Below are positions 47,141 to 56,275 of a DNA stretch of 64,000 nt, one piece after another. The stretch comes from Candidatus Daviesbacteria bacterium RIFCSPLOWO2_01_FULL_39_23. Lineage in GTDB: Bacteria; Patescibacteriota; Microgenomatia; Daviesbacterales; UBA10151. The position numbers and the translations under genes are program-made. The notes below the pieces were generated by a model. That model was not told the DNA's origin. It did not search any database and saw only the letters and a program-made list of their open reading frames with translations. How positions within the stretch are numbered: position 1 is the first letter of the stretch; each line of letters starts with the position of its first letter. The stretch is taken from assembly GCA_001776935.1 (NCBI GenBank), contig MFDN01000005.1, forward strand, positions 68,893-132,892, written 5' to 3'.

Positions 47141-48850
47141 TTATTTTTTCTCTATATTAAAAAATGCAAAGCCTTTTTGGGGAATTGCTAGATACCCTGG
47201 TGCTCTAATATTAAACGCCTCCTTAAATACTCCTGCACTTATTCGAATCTCTCCTATGTTGGTTTGAAAAATTATTTCGTTTGTGGAACCGTTACCCTGA
47301 ATTACAGTTACTGAAGAAACCGCAGACGGACCGTTGGACTTTTCGCGAAGCTCTGCATGAGAATAAGGATTAGTACCTGGGTAGCATGAGGTAGTCACCG
47401 GAGTCACTCGATCATCCCTGTATCGCGTTGCGTTAATAATATCCGCCATCTCTTCAGGAGATAACCAGGCATTAGATCTTCCACATTTATTACTATTAAT
47501 ACTGTATCTCTCAGTATACCAGGCCTTATAAAGCCATGGCGAGCCGCCTAATTTATCGTAAGCCTTATCTATAAAATTACTTCCACCAGAACCATCTGTA
47601 GTATCCCAGCCAATCGGTGAAGCAAACCCTCCGTGTGTTGAAGCGTAAAAAGTAACCACATCCTCAACCACCTGACCGCGGGTAGCATTGACCGCATTTT
47701 TCCATGCTTGAGGTGGATTATCAGATTTAGACTTATTAAATACTTGGGCCGCTTCTGTAGTCTTAATCGCCTCTCCTGATTGTTTATATCTCAACGCATA
47801 TGTTCTTGCTGCAACAGCCTGGGCTTTCAACGCTTCCGAATGCCAACTGGAAGGCATCTCAGCAATTCCATATAAGTATTTTTCTTCAAAATTCATCGAG
47901 CCAAAACCTGACACGTTGATATCCCCTCCTGTATCTTTACCCACAGGCTCTTTGCCATAATATGCTTTTAAAATTGCTTTGTAATCCTGACCTGACTCTG
48001 CCCTGCCTCTGGCCCCATATTGGCTCATGCCTTTCCGATGGGTATGCGCACCAAAGGAAAACACCCCAAAATATCCAGCAGGAGCGTTGGCTTTAAAGCC
48101 TTTAATTGAAGCATTTATATCATCTGCCTCTTCACTATCTCCAATAGTCGCAGTAAATTGGCCAGATCTTGCTGCCAAAATCTCCTGTTGTTTGGCGGAA
48201 AGCTCGGCAATTTTCCCTGTCAAATCTGCCTGGTAAGCCTTGGCTTTCTTAATTTCTCCGCCTAAAAAGTCTGCATTTTTATCAACTTCTGCCTGCAAAG
48301 AAGAAAGCTTTACTTTATCTTTTTCCAGTTTTTCTTTTTGGGTTAGAAGATCTATAACTTCCCCTGTAACAGAAGCAATAATCGAGCGGTCTTCGCGGGT
48401 AACTGTCTGCCTATAAGACAGCTCGCGGAACAAATCTCCTGAAGAAATGGATGACAAAAGCACAAGCAAAGGTTCTGCTAAATAAGAGCGGATATAGTAG
48501 GCTTTAACCCGTGTCTCAAGGAGTGCCTGTTGAAGCGCCAGCTTATCCTCCCGGATATCCAAATCTTTTTGCTTTTGCTTAATACTTAAAGATAAATTAT
48601 TTAAATTTGCCTGAATTTGGGCAAGCTGCATTTTTAAGGATTCCAATTGCCCTTCCAAAGGCTTTGTGGCTTTAACAGATGATTCCCTTGCTTTGTTTAA
48701 CTCATCAATTTGTTTTTGCAGGTCTTCTATTTCGTCAGCCTGAGCAGTTGGCAGTAAGTAGCTGGCAGTAAGTATTAAGGGTAAAACAAAAAACAGCATT
48801 CCCATAATACATAATACAAATCCCTTAATACTGCTTTTACGGGCAAACAT
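47141..48850 (-). CDS. Coiled-coil + SpoIID/LytB-domain protein
   Basis: Signal peptide, long coiled coil, GMSQYGA, YLYGIAEMP..W..EALKAQAVAARTYA. Confidence 0.9.
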   Translation of the reverse strand: MFARKSSIKGFVLCIMGMLFFVLPLILTASYLLPTAQADEIEDLQKQIDELNKARESSVKATKPLEGQLESLKMQLAQIQANLNNLSLSIKQKQKDLDIREDKLALQQALLETRVKAYYIRSYLAEPLLVLLSSISSGDLFRELSYRQTVTREDRSIIASVTGEVIDLLTQKEKLEKDKVKLSSLQAEVDKNADFLGGEIKKAKAYQADLTGKIAELSAKQQEILAARSGQFTATIGDSEEADDINASIKGFKANAPAGYFGVFSFGAHTHRKGMSQYGARGRAESGQDYKAILKAYYGKEPVGKDTGGDINVSGFGSMNFEEKYLYGIAEMPSSWHSEALKAQAVAARTYALRYKQSGEAIKTTEAAQVFNKSKSDNPPQAWKNAVNATRGQVVEDVVTFYASTHGGFASPIGWDTTDGSGGSNFIDKAYDKLGGSPWLYKAWYTERYSINSNKCGRSNAWLSPEEMADIINATRYRDDRVTPVTTSCYPGTNPYSHAELREKSNGPSAVSSVTVIQGNGSTNEIIFQTNIGEIRISAGVFKEAFNIRAPGYLAIPQKGFAFFNIEKK

Positions 48851-48967
48851 TGTCCTAAAATTTTACCATAAACTCTAATCTCTAGACCCTAAATCCCAAA
48901 ATGTGCTAAGCGCTAAGCTGAAATTTATTGTCCAAAACCATTTTATAGATGGTATAATATAAACATT

Positions 48968-49240
48968 ATGAACAAAGCCCAAATCATATCTAACCCCAAA
49001 ATCTTAGGTGGAAAACCCGTGATTGCCGGCACCAGAATTTCAGTGGAACTCATACTGGATAGGATCTCTACCGGAATGAGCGAAAAAGAAATATTAATTG
49101 ATTATCCGCATTTAACAGCTAAACAGATTCAGGCAGCCGTAGCATACGCCAAACGAATAGTTATACAAAAAACTGGCACAAAATTGTCAAGTAAAGACAC
49201 TACACCCGTCACCTTATATACCCATGAAATTTCTCGCTGA
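48968..49240 (+). CDS. DUF433 antitoxin
   Basis: NPKILGGKPVIAGTRISV. Confidence 0.92.
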   Translation: MNKAQIISNPKILGGKPVIAGTRISVELILDRISTGMSEKEILIDYPHLTAKQIQAAVAYAKRIVIQKTGTKLSSKDTTPVTLYTHEISR

Positions 49241-49565
49241 TGAGGATTTCCCCAAACCTCTGATAATCAAAATTAGGAACTTTGGCTTTTCAATCAAAAC
49301 TATCCAGCAGAAAGATCTTCAAGGATCTTCTGATGAAAGAGTAGCAAGTATCGCTCTCAAAGAAAAACGAATACTTTTAACCTTTGATAAGGATTTCTTA
49401 AAAAACCAGTCTAAAAAATTGCAAGCGGTCATTTTCAGCTTCCCTAAAACTCCAACCGCCGAGATACTTTCTTTAATAGAAATGTTCCTGCGAAATTTGC
49501 CGGAAGAATTATTGAAAAGGAAAATATTAAGATTCAGCAAACGTGGATTTGAAATAATTACTTAG
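49224..49565 (+). CDS. DUF5615 PIN-like toxin
   Basis: MKFLADE, D, RILLTFDKDF. Confidence 0.9.
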   Translation: MKFLADEDFPKPLIIKIRNFGFSIKTIQQKDLQGSSDERVASIALKEKRILLTFDKDFLKNQSKKLQAVIFSFPKTPTAEILSLIEMFLRNLPEELLKRKILRFSKRGFEIIT

Positions 49566-49662
49566 TATGACCCTAAATCCCAAAATGTGCTAAGCCACAA
49601 CCAGTTTCATAGTTGTGATAAACTAACTTTAATGTCCAAAAAGATGATATAATACAATCAAT

Positions 49663-49923
49663 ATGAAAAATATTATTACCAGGAATCCAAAAATTTTAGG
49701 CGGGAAACCCATTATTGCCGGCACCCGGATGTCTGTAGAAGTTATTCTGGAATCTTTAGCCGGAGGCATGAGCATAGAAGAAATGCTAAAAGAATATCCT
49801 TTCTTAAAGAAAGAACATATCCAAGCAGCCATAGATTATGCCGCTAAAATTGTTGGTAAAGAAGAAAGCTACTTGTTTGAAAAAGCTTCTGCTATTACCC
49901 ATGAGATTCATCGCCGACGTTAA
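49663..49923 (+). CDS. DUF433 antitoxin (second copy)
   Basis: NPKILGGKPIIAGTRMSV. Confidence 0.92.
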   Translation: MKNIITRNPKILGGKPIIAGTRMSVEVILESLAGGMSIEEMLKEYPFLKKEHIQAAIDYAAKIVGKEESYLFEKASAITHEIHRRR

Positions 49924-50260
49924 TATTCCTCAATTACTTATCACGCGGTTAATCGATTTAGATCATAATGTCCTTGACATTAAAAAACATAATCTGGAAA
50001 TCAGCGATATAGAAATTATTAAGATTGCAAAGAAGGAATCAAGAGTAATACTTACCCGGGATAAAGACTATATAATTTTGGTTCAATTCCCTAGGTATCA
50101 AGTTCCTATTATCGCCATCAGGTTGATCAATCAAACTGATACCCAATATATTACCAGCAAAGTTTTGGAATTTATTAAAAATAATAAAGAATCAATTATC
50201 TTAAATTCTTTAACTGTTATCAGAGAGAATGCTGCTACTTCCTATCAGTACCCACTGTGA
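49901..50260 (+). CDS. DUF5615 PIN-like toxin (second copy; start MRFIAD)
   Basis: MRFIADVN, SD.EI, RVILTRDKDY. Confidence 0.88.
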   Translation: MRFIADVNIPQLLITRLIDLDHNVLDIKKHNLEISDIEIIKIAKKESRVILTRDKDYIILVQFPRYQVPIIAIRLINQTDTQYITSKVLEFIKNNKESIILNSLTVIRENAATSYQYPL

Positions 50261-50413
50261 TTTTCCTGTCTCAAAAATATATACGATCGTATTAAGTTTT
50301 GTCTATTTTACTAATCATTAAAATTCTAACCACCATTCCCTAGTCACTAGGCCCTAAACCCTATCTTGTACTAAGCCACAATCAATTCACGTAGTTGTGG
50401 TAAACTAAAATCA

Positions 50414-50682
50414 ATGTCCAAAATACCTTCTATAGCAATATTTTTTGTATAGTTATTTTTTTCTCCGGTTTCAACCATACCGCCTACGCAATAGACCCAA
50501 AAGATGATTATATTCAGACCACCTCTTTAGGAGGAAGGGCTGATTATTTGGTGACAGGAGACGAAGATTTGCTTGCGCTTAGTGCCAAACCTGATTTGGG
50601 AGAACTGAAGATTGTTACGACCAAACAGTTCCTGGCTAAAATTTTACCACAAACTCTGGACCCCAAACTTCTCTTGTGCTAA
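50414..50682 (+). pseudogene. Decayed 5' copy of the 50693 gene fused to a PIN-toxin 3' remnant
   Basis: 50414-50505 parallels the 5' end of 50693; then DPKDDY...GRADYLVTGDEDLL. Confidence 0.7.
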
Positions 50683-50692
50683 GCTAAAATTA

Positions 50693-52204
50693 ATGTCCAG
50701 GATATTCACTATACCAATAATTTTCCTTTCTGTTGTTATATTTTTCTTCGGTTTTAACCGCATCACCTACGCTATAGATCCAAGAGATCCAAACCTTGAA
50801 ATCATACCCCCATCTCCTGCGGTTACAGACTCACAAGTAACCATCACTGTACAAACCAAAGACGGCAGTAGTTCTTTTAATGAAAAAAAATATTCTTTCG
50901 CTGCATGGAAAGGCGATCTCAGTCTGGTAAACTTTGGTATTTATAAGAGACTCGTAGATTATAATTGTGTTTATATAAACTTTAATGAGAACATCTCTAA
51001 TAGAAAAAACGCAGATCTTAGAATTACTCTGGATAAATCAAAAGCTATTGCTATCTGGCCAGTAGATAACAAGTGCGTAAAAATGGGTGACGTCTGGCAT
51101 TTTCGCTTATGGGCATCTCCAAGCATTGATCCTATGGGTAGCGACTGGGATACCATGATTGAAAATAATTTTCTGGTAGAAGACTACAAGTTTCAGTTTG
51201 TTCAACCAAACGGCAAGATTGCTGCAATCAAAGCAGGAGGAAATACCCAAGATTCTAATGTTTACTCTGGGGAAAATGCAACAGTTGTGCTTTCTAATGC
51301 AGCCGATGGTGCCTCCTACACGTTTTGGTGGCATGGCGCATATGGTATTGCTGAAATATATCATAGCAAAGGATCAGGAAACTTTGAAATCGAAATTAAG
51401 GACCGCTTGAATGGCAAGCAAAGATTGTGTATGGAATTTGGTGATGCTGGATTGCAACCGCCAAAAGGTCATCCTTGCAATCAGCCTGGAAAATTTGTTG
51501 ATTTTGAGTTCCATGGCATTAAAAGACCTCCGACAGCTACTTTGCCTCCTGGAATTCAAACTAAATGTTTTTTATATGCTGCCCACCTGCCAACACTTAA
51601 GGAAAGGGATTCCCTAGCAGTCGGTTACATGAATTTACCTCCACGTCAGGAATTCAAGGCAACACTTGTTAATAAAGATGGCACCGAAGTAAATTCCGCA
51701 AAAGCCGTATCCGACCAAAAAGGAAGTCTACTCATCTCTGTAATAACAGAAATTGGTATTGGTGAAGATTATAAGGTCACCATCACTGATTCTAGCAATA
51801 AAGAGGTTTGCTCAGAAATCTTTTCAGCAACAACAGACGGCACAAGTCCTAAATTCGCTAAATGCGACGATTCTTCTTGCACCCGCTTACCGGATAATAT
51901 GGAATGTAAAGACGGTAGCGGAATCGGTATTAATACTGCCATTGGCTGTATTCATACCAATCCGGCAGCGTTGGTAAAAGATCTTTTAAGGTTTATCCTT
52001 GGAATAGGAGGAGGAATTGCATTTTTAATGATGCTTTTGGGGGTTTTCCAGATGCTGACTTCTGCCGGAAATCCCGAGACTTTAAATGCCGGAAAGGAAA
52101 GATTAACCAGTGCGGTGATTGGACTGCTGTTTGTTATCTTCTCCATCTTGCTGTTACAAATTATAGGGTGGGGTATCTTGAAAATACCGGGATTAGGATC
52201 TTAA
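50693..52204 (+). CDS. Large exported protein with C-terminal TrbC/VirB2-like pilin domain (start MSRIF)
   Basis: Signal peptide; INTAIGCI...TSAGNPE....GKE.LT.AVIGL. Confidence 0.8.
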   Translation: MSRIFTIPIIFLSVVIFFFGFNRITYAIDPRDPNLEIIPPSPAVTDSQVTITVQTKDGSSSFNEKKYSFAAWKGDLSLVNFGIYKRLVDYNCVYINFNENISNRKNADLRITLDKSKAIAIWPVDNKCVKMGDVWHFRLWASPSIDPMGSDWDTMIENNFLVEDYKFQFVQPNGKIAAIKAGGNTQDSNVYSGENATVVLSNAADGASYTFWWHGAYGIAEIYHSKGSGNFEIEIKDRLNGKQRLCMEFGDAGLQPPKGHPCNQPGKFVDFEFHGIKRPPTATLPPGIQTKCFLYAAHLPTLKERDSLAVGYMNLPPRQEFKATLVNKDGTEVNSAKAVSDQKGSLLISVITEIGIGEDYKVTITDSSNKEVCSEIFSATTDGTSPKFAKCDDSSCTRLPDNMECKDGSGIGINTAIGCIHTNPAALVKDLLRFILGIGGGIAFLMMLLGVFQMLTSAGNPETLNAGKERLTSAVIGLLFVIFSILLLQIIGWGILKIPGLGS

Positions 52205-52657
52205 TGTAAAGATCAAAAATCAAAATGCAAAATGACAGTGTAAAATTCAAAATTGAGTTCAAGAAAAGACTGTACAGTTTTGCATTAAAACTCATAACAT
52301 TTATCGATCAGCTACCAAATGATAATGTTTCTAAAAGAATCGGAGACCAACTTTTAAGAAGCGGCACGAGTATCATAGGAAATTATATCGAAGCCACAGC
52401 CTCCAGCTCAAAAAAAGACTTCACTAATTTTTTTAATCATTCGTTAAAATCAGCTAACGAAAGCAAACTATGGGTATCCCTTTTAAAAGACACAGGCAGG
52501 GCTGTAAAAGAAAAAACCGAATGGTTTATTGTTGAACTGGATGAAATATCAAAAATTTTTGCCTCTTCAATATTAACTCTAAAAGGTAGAAAATAATGTT
52601 ATTAACATTTTAGATTTTGATATGTCATTTTGATATTTACATTTTAATTTTTAAATT
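52203..52657 (+). mobile_element. Four-helix-bundle gene bracketed by ~52-bp heptamer-built inverted repeats
   Basis: 52203-52254 aligns in register with the reverse complement of 52606-52657 around CAAAATGACA. Confidence 0.65.
52225..52596 (+). CDS. Four helix bundle protein (23S rRNA IVP / Avd-like family)
   Basis: QLLRSGTSI.GNY.EA...SSKKDF......LKSANES..W. Confidence 0.92.
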   Translation: MQNDSVKFKIEFKKRLYSFALKLITFIDQLPNDNVSKRIGDQLLRSGTSIIGNYIEATASSSKKDFTNFFNHSLKSANESKLWVSLLKDTGRAVKEKTEWFIVELDEISKIFASSILTLKGRK

Positions 52658-52662
52658 TACTT

Positions 52663-52986
52663 ATGAAGATTGCTCAAGTACTACCTGACCTTCAAAAAAT
52701 ATATGATGCCAAGCCGGCAAAAGATATTAACAGCTTAGGCGATCTTATTTCCGTCTTTCTAAACATTGTTTTTTATGCAGCCGGATTTTTAGCTTTCTAC
52801 TATCTGGTTTGGGGAGCGCTCTCCTATATTATGGCTCAGGGAAATAAAGAAAGTCTGGCCAAAGCCAGAGCCAGGATTACCTGGGCAATTATCGGACTGA
52901 TGGTAGTATTTTTGGCATTTTTCATAGCTAGATTCGCAGGGGAAATATTCCCGCCCAGTCCGGACAGAGGAGGGTTGCCATTTTGA
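52663..52986 (+). CDS. TrbC/VirB2-like pilin
   Basis: YI.AQGNKE...KAR.RITWAIIGL. Confidence 0.85.
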   Translation: MKIAQVLPDLQKIYDAKPAKDINSLGDLISVFLNIVFYAAGFLAFYYLVWGALSYIMAQGNKESLAKARARITWAIIGLMVVFLAFFIARFAGEIFPPSPDRGGLPF

Positions 52987-53426
52987 GAGAAATATCAAAT
53001 ATCAAATATCAAATATCAAAATGTTTAAAACATTTTAGATTTTACATTGTCATTTTGATATTTACATTTTACATTTTAATTTTACCTCCCACCCCTGTTT
53101 ATGCTGCCAACCCCTGCACTCCCGACCCAAAAGGAGGATTTAATATAGGCAGCTGCTTTGGCTTTGGGGATATCACTTCTTTGGGTCAGGCTACCAGCAG
53201 ACTGGTTATACCTGTATTTTCCATAGCCGCGGCAGCAGTAGTAATATATTTTTTACTGGGGGCTTTTAAATATTTGAGTTCAGGGGGAAATAAAGAAGCC
53301 GTAGCAGGAGCCCGAGGAATGATTACTCATGCCATTATTGGATTTTTAATATTAATGTTTGCCTTTTTGATATTACAATTCTTAATATCAAGCTTATTCG
53401 GGATTACCAATTTTCAACTATTTTAA
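52983..53426 (+). CDS. TrbC/VirB2-like pilin with repeat-derived N-terminus
   Basis: YLSSGGNKE...AR..IT.AIIG; 52990-53083 is heptamer repeat. Confidence 0.8.
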   Translation: MREISNIKYQISKCLKHFRFYIVILIFTFYILILPPTPVYAANPCTPDPKGGFNIGSCFGFGDITSLGQATSRLVIPVFSIAAAAVVIYFLLGAFKYLSSGGNKEAVAGARGMITHAIIGFLILMFAFLILQFLISSLFGITNFQLF

Positions 53427-53435
53427 AGTTAGAAA

Positions 53436-54074
53436 TTAAAAATGCGGACCGGGAATATGAGTCCCTATATTTTTTACCCAGGGAATTTTATACCTGAAAG
53501 CATAAATACTTGCTATTAAACCAATCAAACCACTACCAATAATAATCTGTCCTAAAGGCAACTCGCTATTATCCCTATTTTCTAACTTCTCAGAAATAAA
53601 AGTGGCTGTTGGAGAAGGAACCGGTGTATAAGTCGGGAATAATCCAGCCCGTTGCCTAATTCTAATCTGTTCTTCTGTAAACGTAGGAGTTACAGTAGAA
53701 GTTACTGTAGGCGTTCCTGTTTCTGTAGGGGTTGGAGTTAGTGTCGGTATACTGGTTTTTGTAGGTGTTCCCTTTATAGCACTTATTTCATCGGCTATAG
53801 CAGTGTGAGTTGCCTCACGAAAGGCTAAATCCCTTTCTTTGGATAAAGCAGTTGTGGTTTTATCTGCAATAGCGATTTTAATATCCTGAACATCCGGTGT
53901 TGGTGTTACAGTAGCGGTCGGAGTCCTTGTTGCGGTAACAGTTGAAGAAGGCTTAGGTCCGTCAGCATAAACGTTTTGTGCGGTGTTATCTATCGCAACA
54001 TTTATCGCTGCGCCCAATACTAACGCGCCTATGGTTCGTCTTCCTATTTCTACAATTCCGGGTTGTTTTTCCAT
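53436..54074 (-). CDS. Thr/Pro-rich surface protein with C-terminal TM
   Basis: TPT repeats, hydrophobic ends. Confidence 0.7.
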   Translation of the reverse strand: MEKQPGIVEIGRRTIGALVLGAAINVAIDNTAQNVYADGPKPSSTVTATRTPTATVTPTPDVQDIKIAIADKTTTALSKERDLAFREATHTAIADEISAIKGTPTKTSIPTLTPTPTETGTPTVTSTVTPTFTEEQIRIRQRAGLFPTYTPVPSPTATFISEKLENRDNSELPLGQIIIGSGLIGLIASIYAFRYKIPWVKNIGTHIPGPHF

Positions 54075-54184
54075 AATTAAAGCAATATTTTAGCACAATA
54101 AGACCATTTTGTCAAAATTATAGGATATAATAACTGCCATCTTTCTAATTTCTCTTTTTAAGTGATAATATTAGTCTAGAAGTC

Positions 54185-54823
54185 ATGAACTTATTTACTT
54201 TTGCTAGAAAAATAACCCTGTTGATACTATTTTTTTATCTCATTTCTTTTATTATGCCTGCCTCCTCTTTAGCGATCGAACCAGGACTTCCTTGTGACCC
54301 CCAGGCTGCCAAAAATGAGTGTGAAAAAGATCAAGATGGTTTCAGTTATTCCTGCCAGCGGGTTAAAACCCAATTCCTTTGTGAACGCGATATATTTGGC
54401 ACTGTTGATCCTCCTCCGGTTTTAAATCCTTTTTTAAAAAAAGATTCCACAGGTTCTGGGGCTATTAGTGATTTTTTATCCAGATTAATAGTTTTAATTT
54501 ATTCCATAGCAGGTATAGTTTTACTTTTTATGATCCTTTGGGGAGCTTTGGAATGGATGTTATCCGGAGGAGATAAGGAAAAAATTGCCTCTGCAAGAGG
54601 CAGGATTTTTAATGCCATTATCGGCATCATCCTGTTTGCAATAGCTTTTGCTATAATAAGAGTCATTGGGCAATTTACCGGGTTTACGTTTTTTAAAGGA
54701 CAAAATGATGTCGTTATTGTAAGCACTGGCTATGACTCCACCAGTCAAAGTTCTTATGTTTTATGTTCAAACGGACGAAAGCTCTTCACCCCTAGAAAAG
54801 ACAACGCTGTCTGCACTGAATAG
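54185..54823 (+). CDS. TrbC/VirB2-like pilin with Cys-rich extensions
   Basis: W..SGGDKE...AR.RI.NAIIG. Confidence 0.85.
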   Translation: MNLFTFARKITLLILFFYLISFIMPASSLAIEPGLPCDPQAAKNECEKDQDGFSYSCQRVKTQFLCERDIFGTVDPPPVLNPFLKKDSTGSGAISDFLSRLIVLIYSIAGIVLLFMILWGALEWMLSGGDKEKIASARGRIFNAIIGIILFAIAFAIIRVIGQFTGFTFFKGQNDVVIVSTGYDSTSQSSYVLCSNGRKLFTPRKDNAVCTE

Positions 54824-54866
54824 CACTTGACAAGTGCTTTGAAATATAGATATAGTTAAGCTACTA

Positions 54867-55238
54867 ATGAAAAAATTAGCATTTTTAGGATCTTCAGTTT
54901 TATCTTTTTTATCACCGGCTTTAACATTAGCCGCTGATCCAATACAAATCCAAAAACCTGCGGGAGTTGGTTTTTCAACTATTGGAAATTTTATCAGCAA
55001 TATATTAACGGTTGTTTTCAGTATAGCTATTTTAGCAGTACTGGTAATGCTGATCTGGGGGGCTTTTGAATGGATCACTTCAGGCGGAGATAAAGAAGCT
55101 GTTGGTAAAGCAAGAGGGAAAATTATTAATGCCTTAATAGGTTTGGCTGTTTTGGCAGTAGCTTTTGCTTTAGCCAGATTAGGCGGACAATTCGTAGGAG
55201 TAGATATTACTAACCTGCCTATCCCCGATCCCCTGTAA
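54867..55238 (+). CDS. TrbC/VirB2-like pilin
   Basis: WITSGGDKEAVGKARGKIINALIGL; TTGACA promoter upstream. Confidence 0.88.
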   Translation: MKKLAFLGSSVLSFLSPALTLAADPIQIQKPAGVGFSTIGNFISNILTVVFSIAILAVLVMLIWGAFEWITSGGDKEAVGKARGKIINALIGLAVLAVAFALARLGGQFVGVDITNLPIPDPL

Positions 55239-55288
55239 TCTTTAAAACCTTAGTTGTGATTCAAAAAAATTAATGATAAGTTAGAATA

Positions 55289-55756
55289 ATGACAGGTTAT
55301 ATGTTACAGGTTACAGGAATAAAAATACTAGCTTTATTTTTTGCTATCCTTGTCTTTCTTTACCCTTTACCCTTTACCCTTTACCCTGCCTTTGCTGCTA
55401 CTGCCCCTTGCGATGATGCAAATTCCATCAGAGCAGGTTACGGGCCTTGCCCTGCAGGACTTTCAGAAATCGAACAAGTAGTGGCTAACGTAATTTCCGT
55501 AATAGTAGGATTGGGGTTTATTACCATGCTGGTAATGCTTATTTTTGCAGGGATTAAATACTTAACCTCAGGAGGAGAACCTAAAGCCTTGCAAGCTGCT
55601 CATATGACTGTTACCTGGGCCCTTTTGGGAATCTTCTTTCTGGCTTTGGCCTGGCTGGCATTACAACTTATTGCAAACTTAACAGGAATAGACGTTACTG
55701 TATTTAATATAAAAGCCTTGTGCGGCGGAACAGGATTGCCGTTTTGCCAACCTTAA
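55289..55756 (+). CDS. TrbC/VirB2-like pilin with heptamer repeats in the signal peptide
   Basis: YLTSGGEPK...A...VTWALLG; GTTACAG and TTTACCC tandem tracts. Confidence 0.85.
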   Translation: MTGYMLQVTGIKILALFFAILVFLYPLPFTLYPAFAATAPCDDANSIRAGYGPCPAGLSEIEQVVANVISVIVGLGFITMLVMLIFAGIKYLTSGGEPKALQAAHMTVTWALLGIFFLALAWLALQLIANLTGIDVTVFNIKALCGGTGLPFCQP

Positions 55757-55987
55757 TCAATTTTTTAAGGCTTTACTGAATTCTTCTATAGACATATTTA
55801 GGTCGTCAATTATGGCTTTTAATGTTCCGCGCCTTATTTCTTGAGTTGGATGATAAGGGATAGTGGTTCTTCTGCCGTCGGCATGCTTAAGTTGAACATG
55901 ACTGCCTACCTGATGATATTTCAAAAATCCCAATTTGTTGAGCGTTTTTAGAAGTTGTCTGGCTTTAACAACAGGTAACTTAGGCAT
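55757..55987 (-). CDS. hicA: HicA-family toxin
   Basis: GF....Q.GSH, TTIP.H....I.RGTL..I. Confidence 0.9.
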   Translation of the reverse strand: MPKLPVVKARQLLKTLNKLGFLKYHQVGSHVQLKHADGRRTTIPYHPTQEIRRGTLKAIIDDLNMSIEEFSKALKN

Positions 55988-56216
55988 TAAAAGTAATTGT
56001 TTGGATTACCTCCAGGGAATTTTTCTCCTGCGGAGGCGTGACACCATCTTTGTGCAACCCTTCCAGATGGCAACGGATAGCTTCTTCTAAATTATCTTTA
56101 GTTTCTTCGATAGTATCACCCACAGTATGAACGCCCTTTAAAATAGGCACAAATCCATGGTAACCCTTTTCATCAGGTTCAATAATGGTTCTATAAGTAT
56201 ATGTTTTCATATTCAA
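55980..56216 (-). CDS. hicB: HicB-family antitoxin
   Basis: VP.L.G..T.GDTIEE...NL.EAI. Confidence 0.9.
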   Translation of the reverse strand: MNMKTYTYRTIIEPDEKGYHGFVPILKGVHTVGDTIEETKDNLEEAIRCHLEGLHKDGVTPPQEKNSLEVIQTITFNA

Positions 56217-56275
56217 ATTATACTTGATACAGACAAGACTTGCAAAAGGGACTTAGTTTAAGTTAGTGTTAAAAT

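Larger units (their letters stand above)
48855..50700 (+). repeat. Four diverged copies of a ~70-100 bp unit (48855, 49569, 50318, 50636) separating TA cassettes
   Basis: Shared CCC(T/C)AAA...TGT(G/A)CTAAG...(A/T)TGTCCA. Confidence 0.75.

Noticed and set aside
48855-50700. Possible CRISPR array or integron
   Set aside because: Units are long, diverged and separated by whole genes. There are no constant-length spacers, cas genes, IntI or attC-type ends.
52225-52596. Diversity-generating retroelement (Avd-like gene)
   Set aside because: No reverse transcriptase and no TR/VR pair with adenine-specific mismatches seen in the window.
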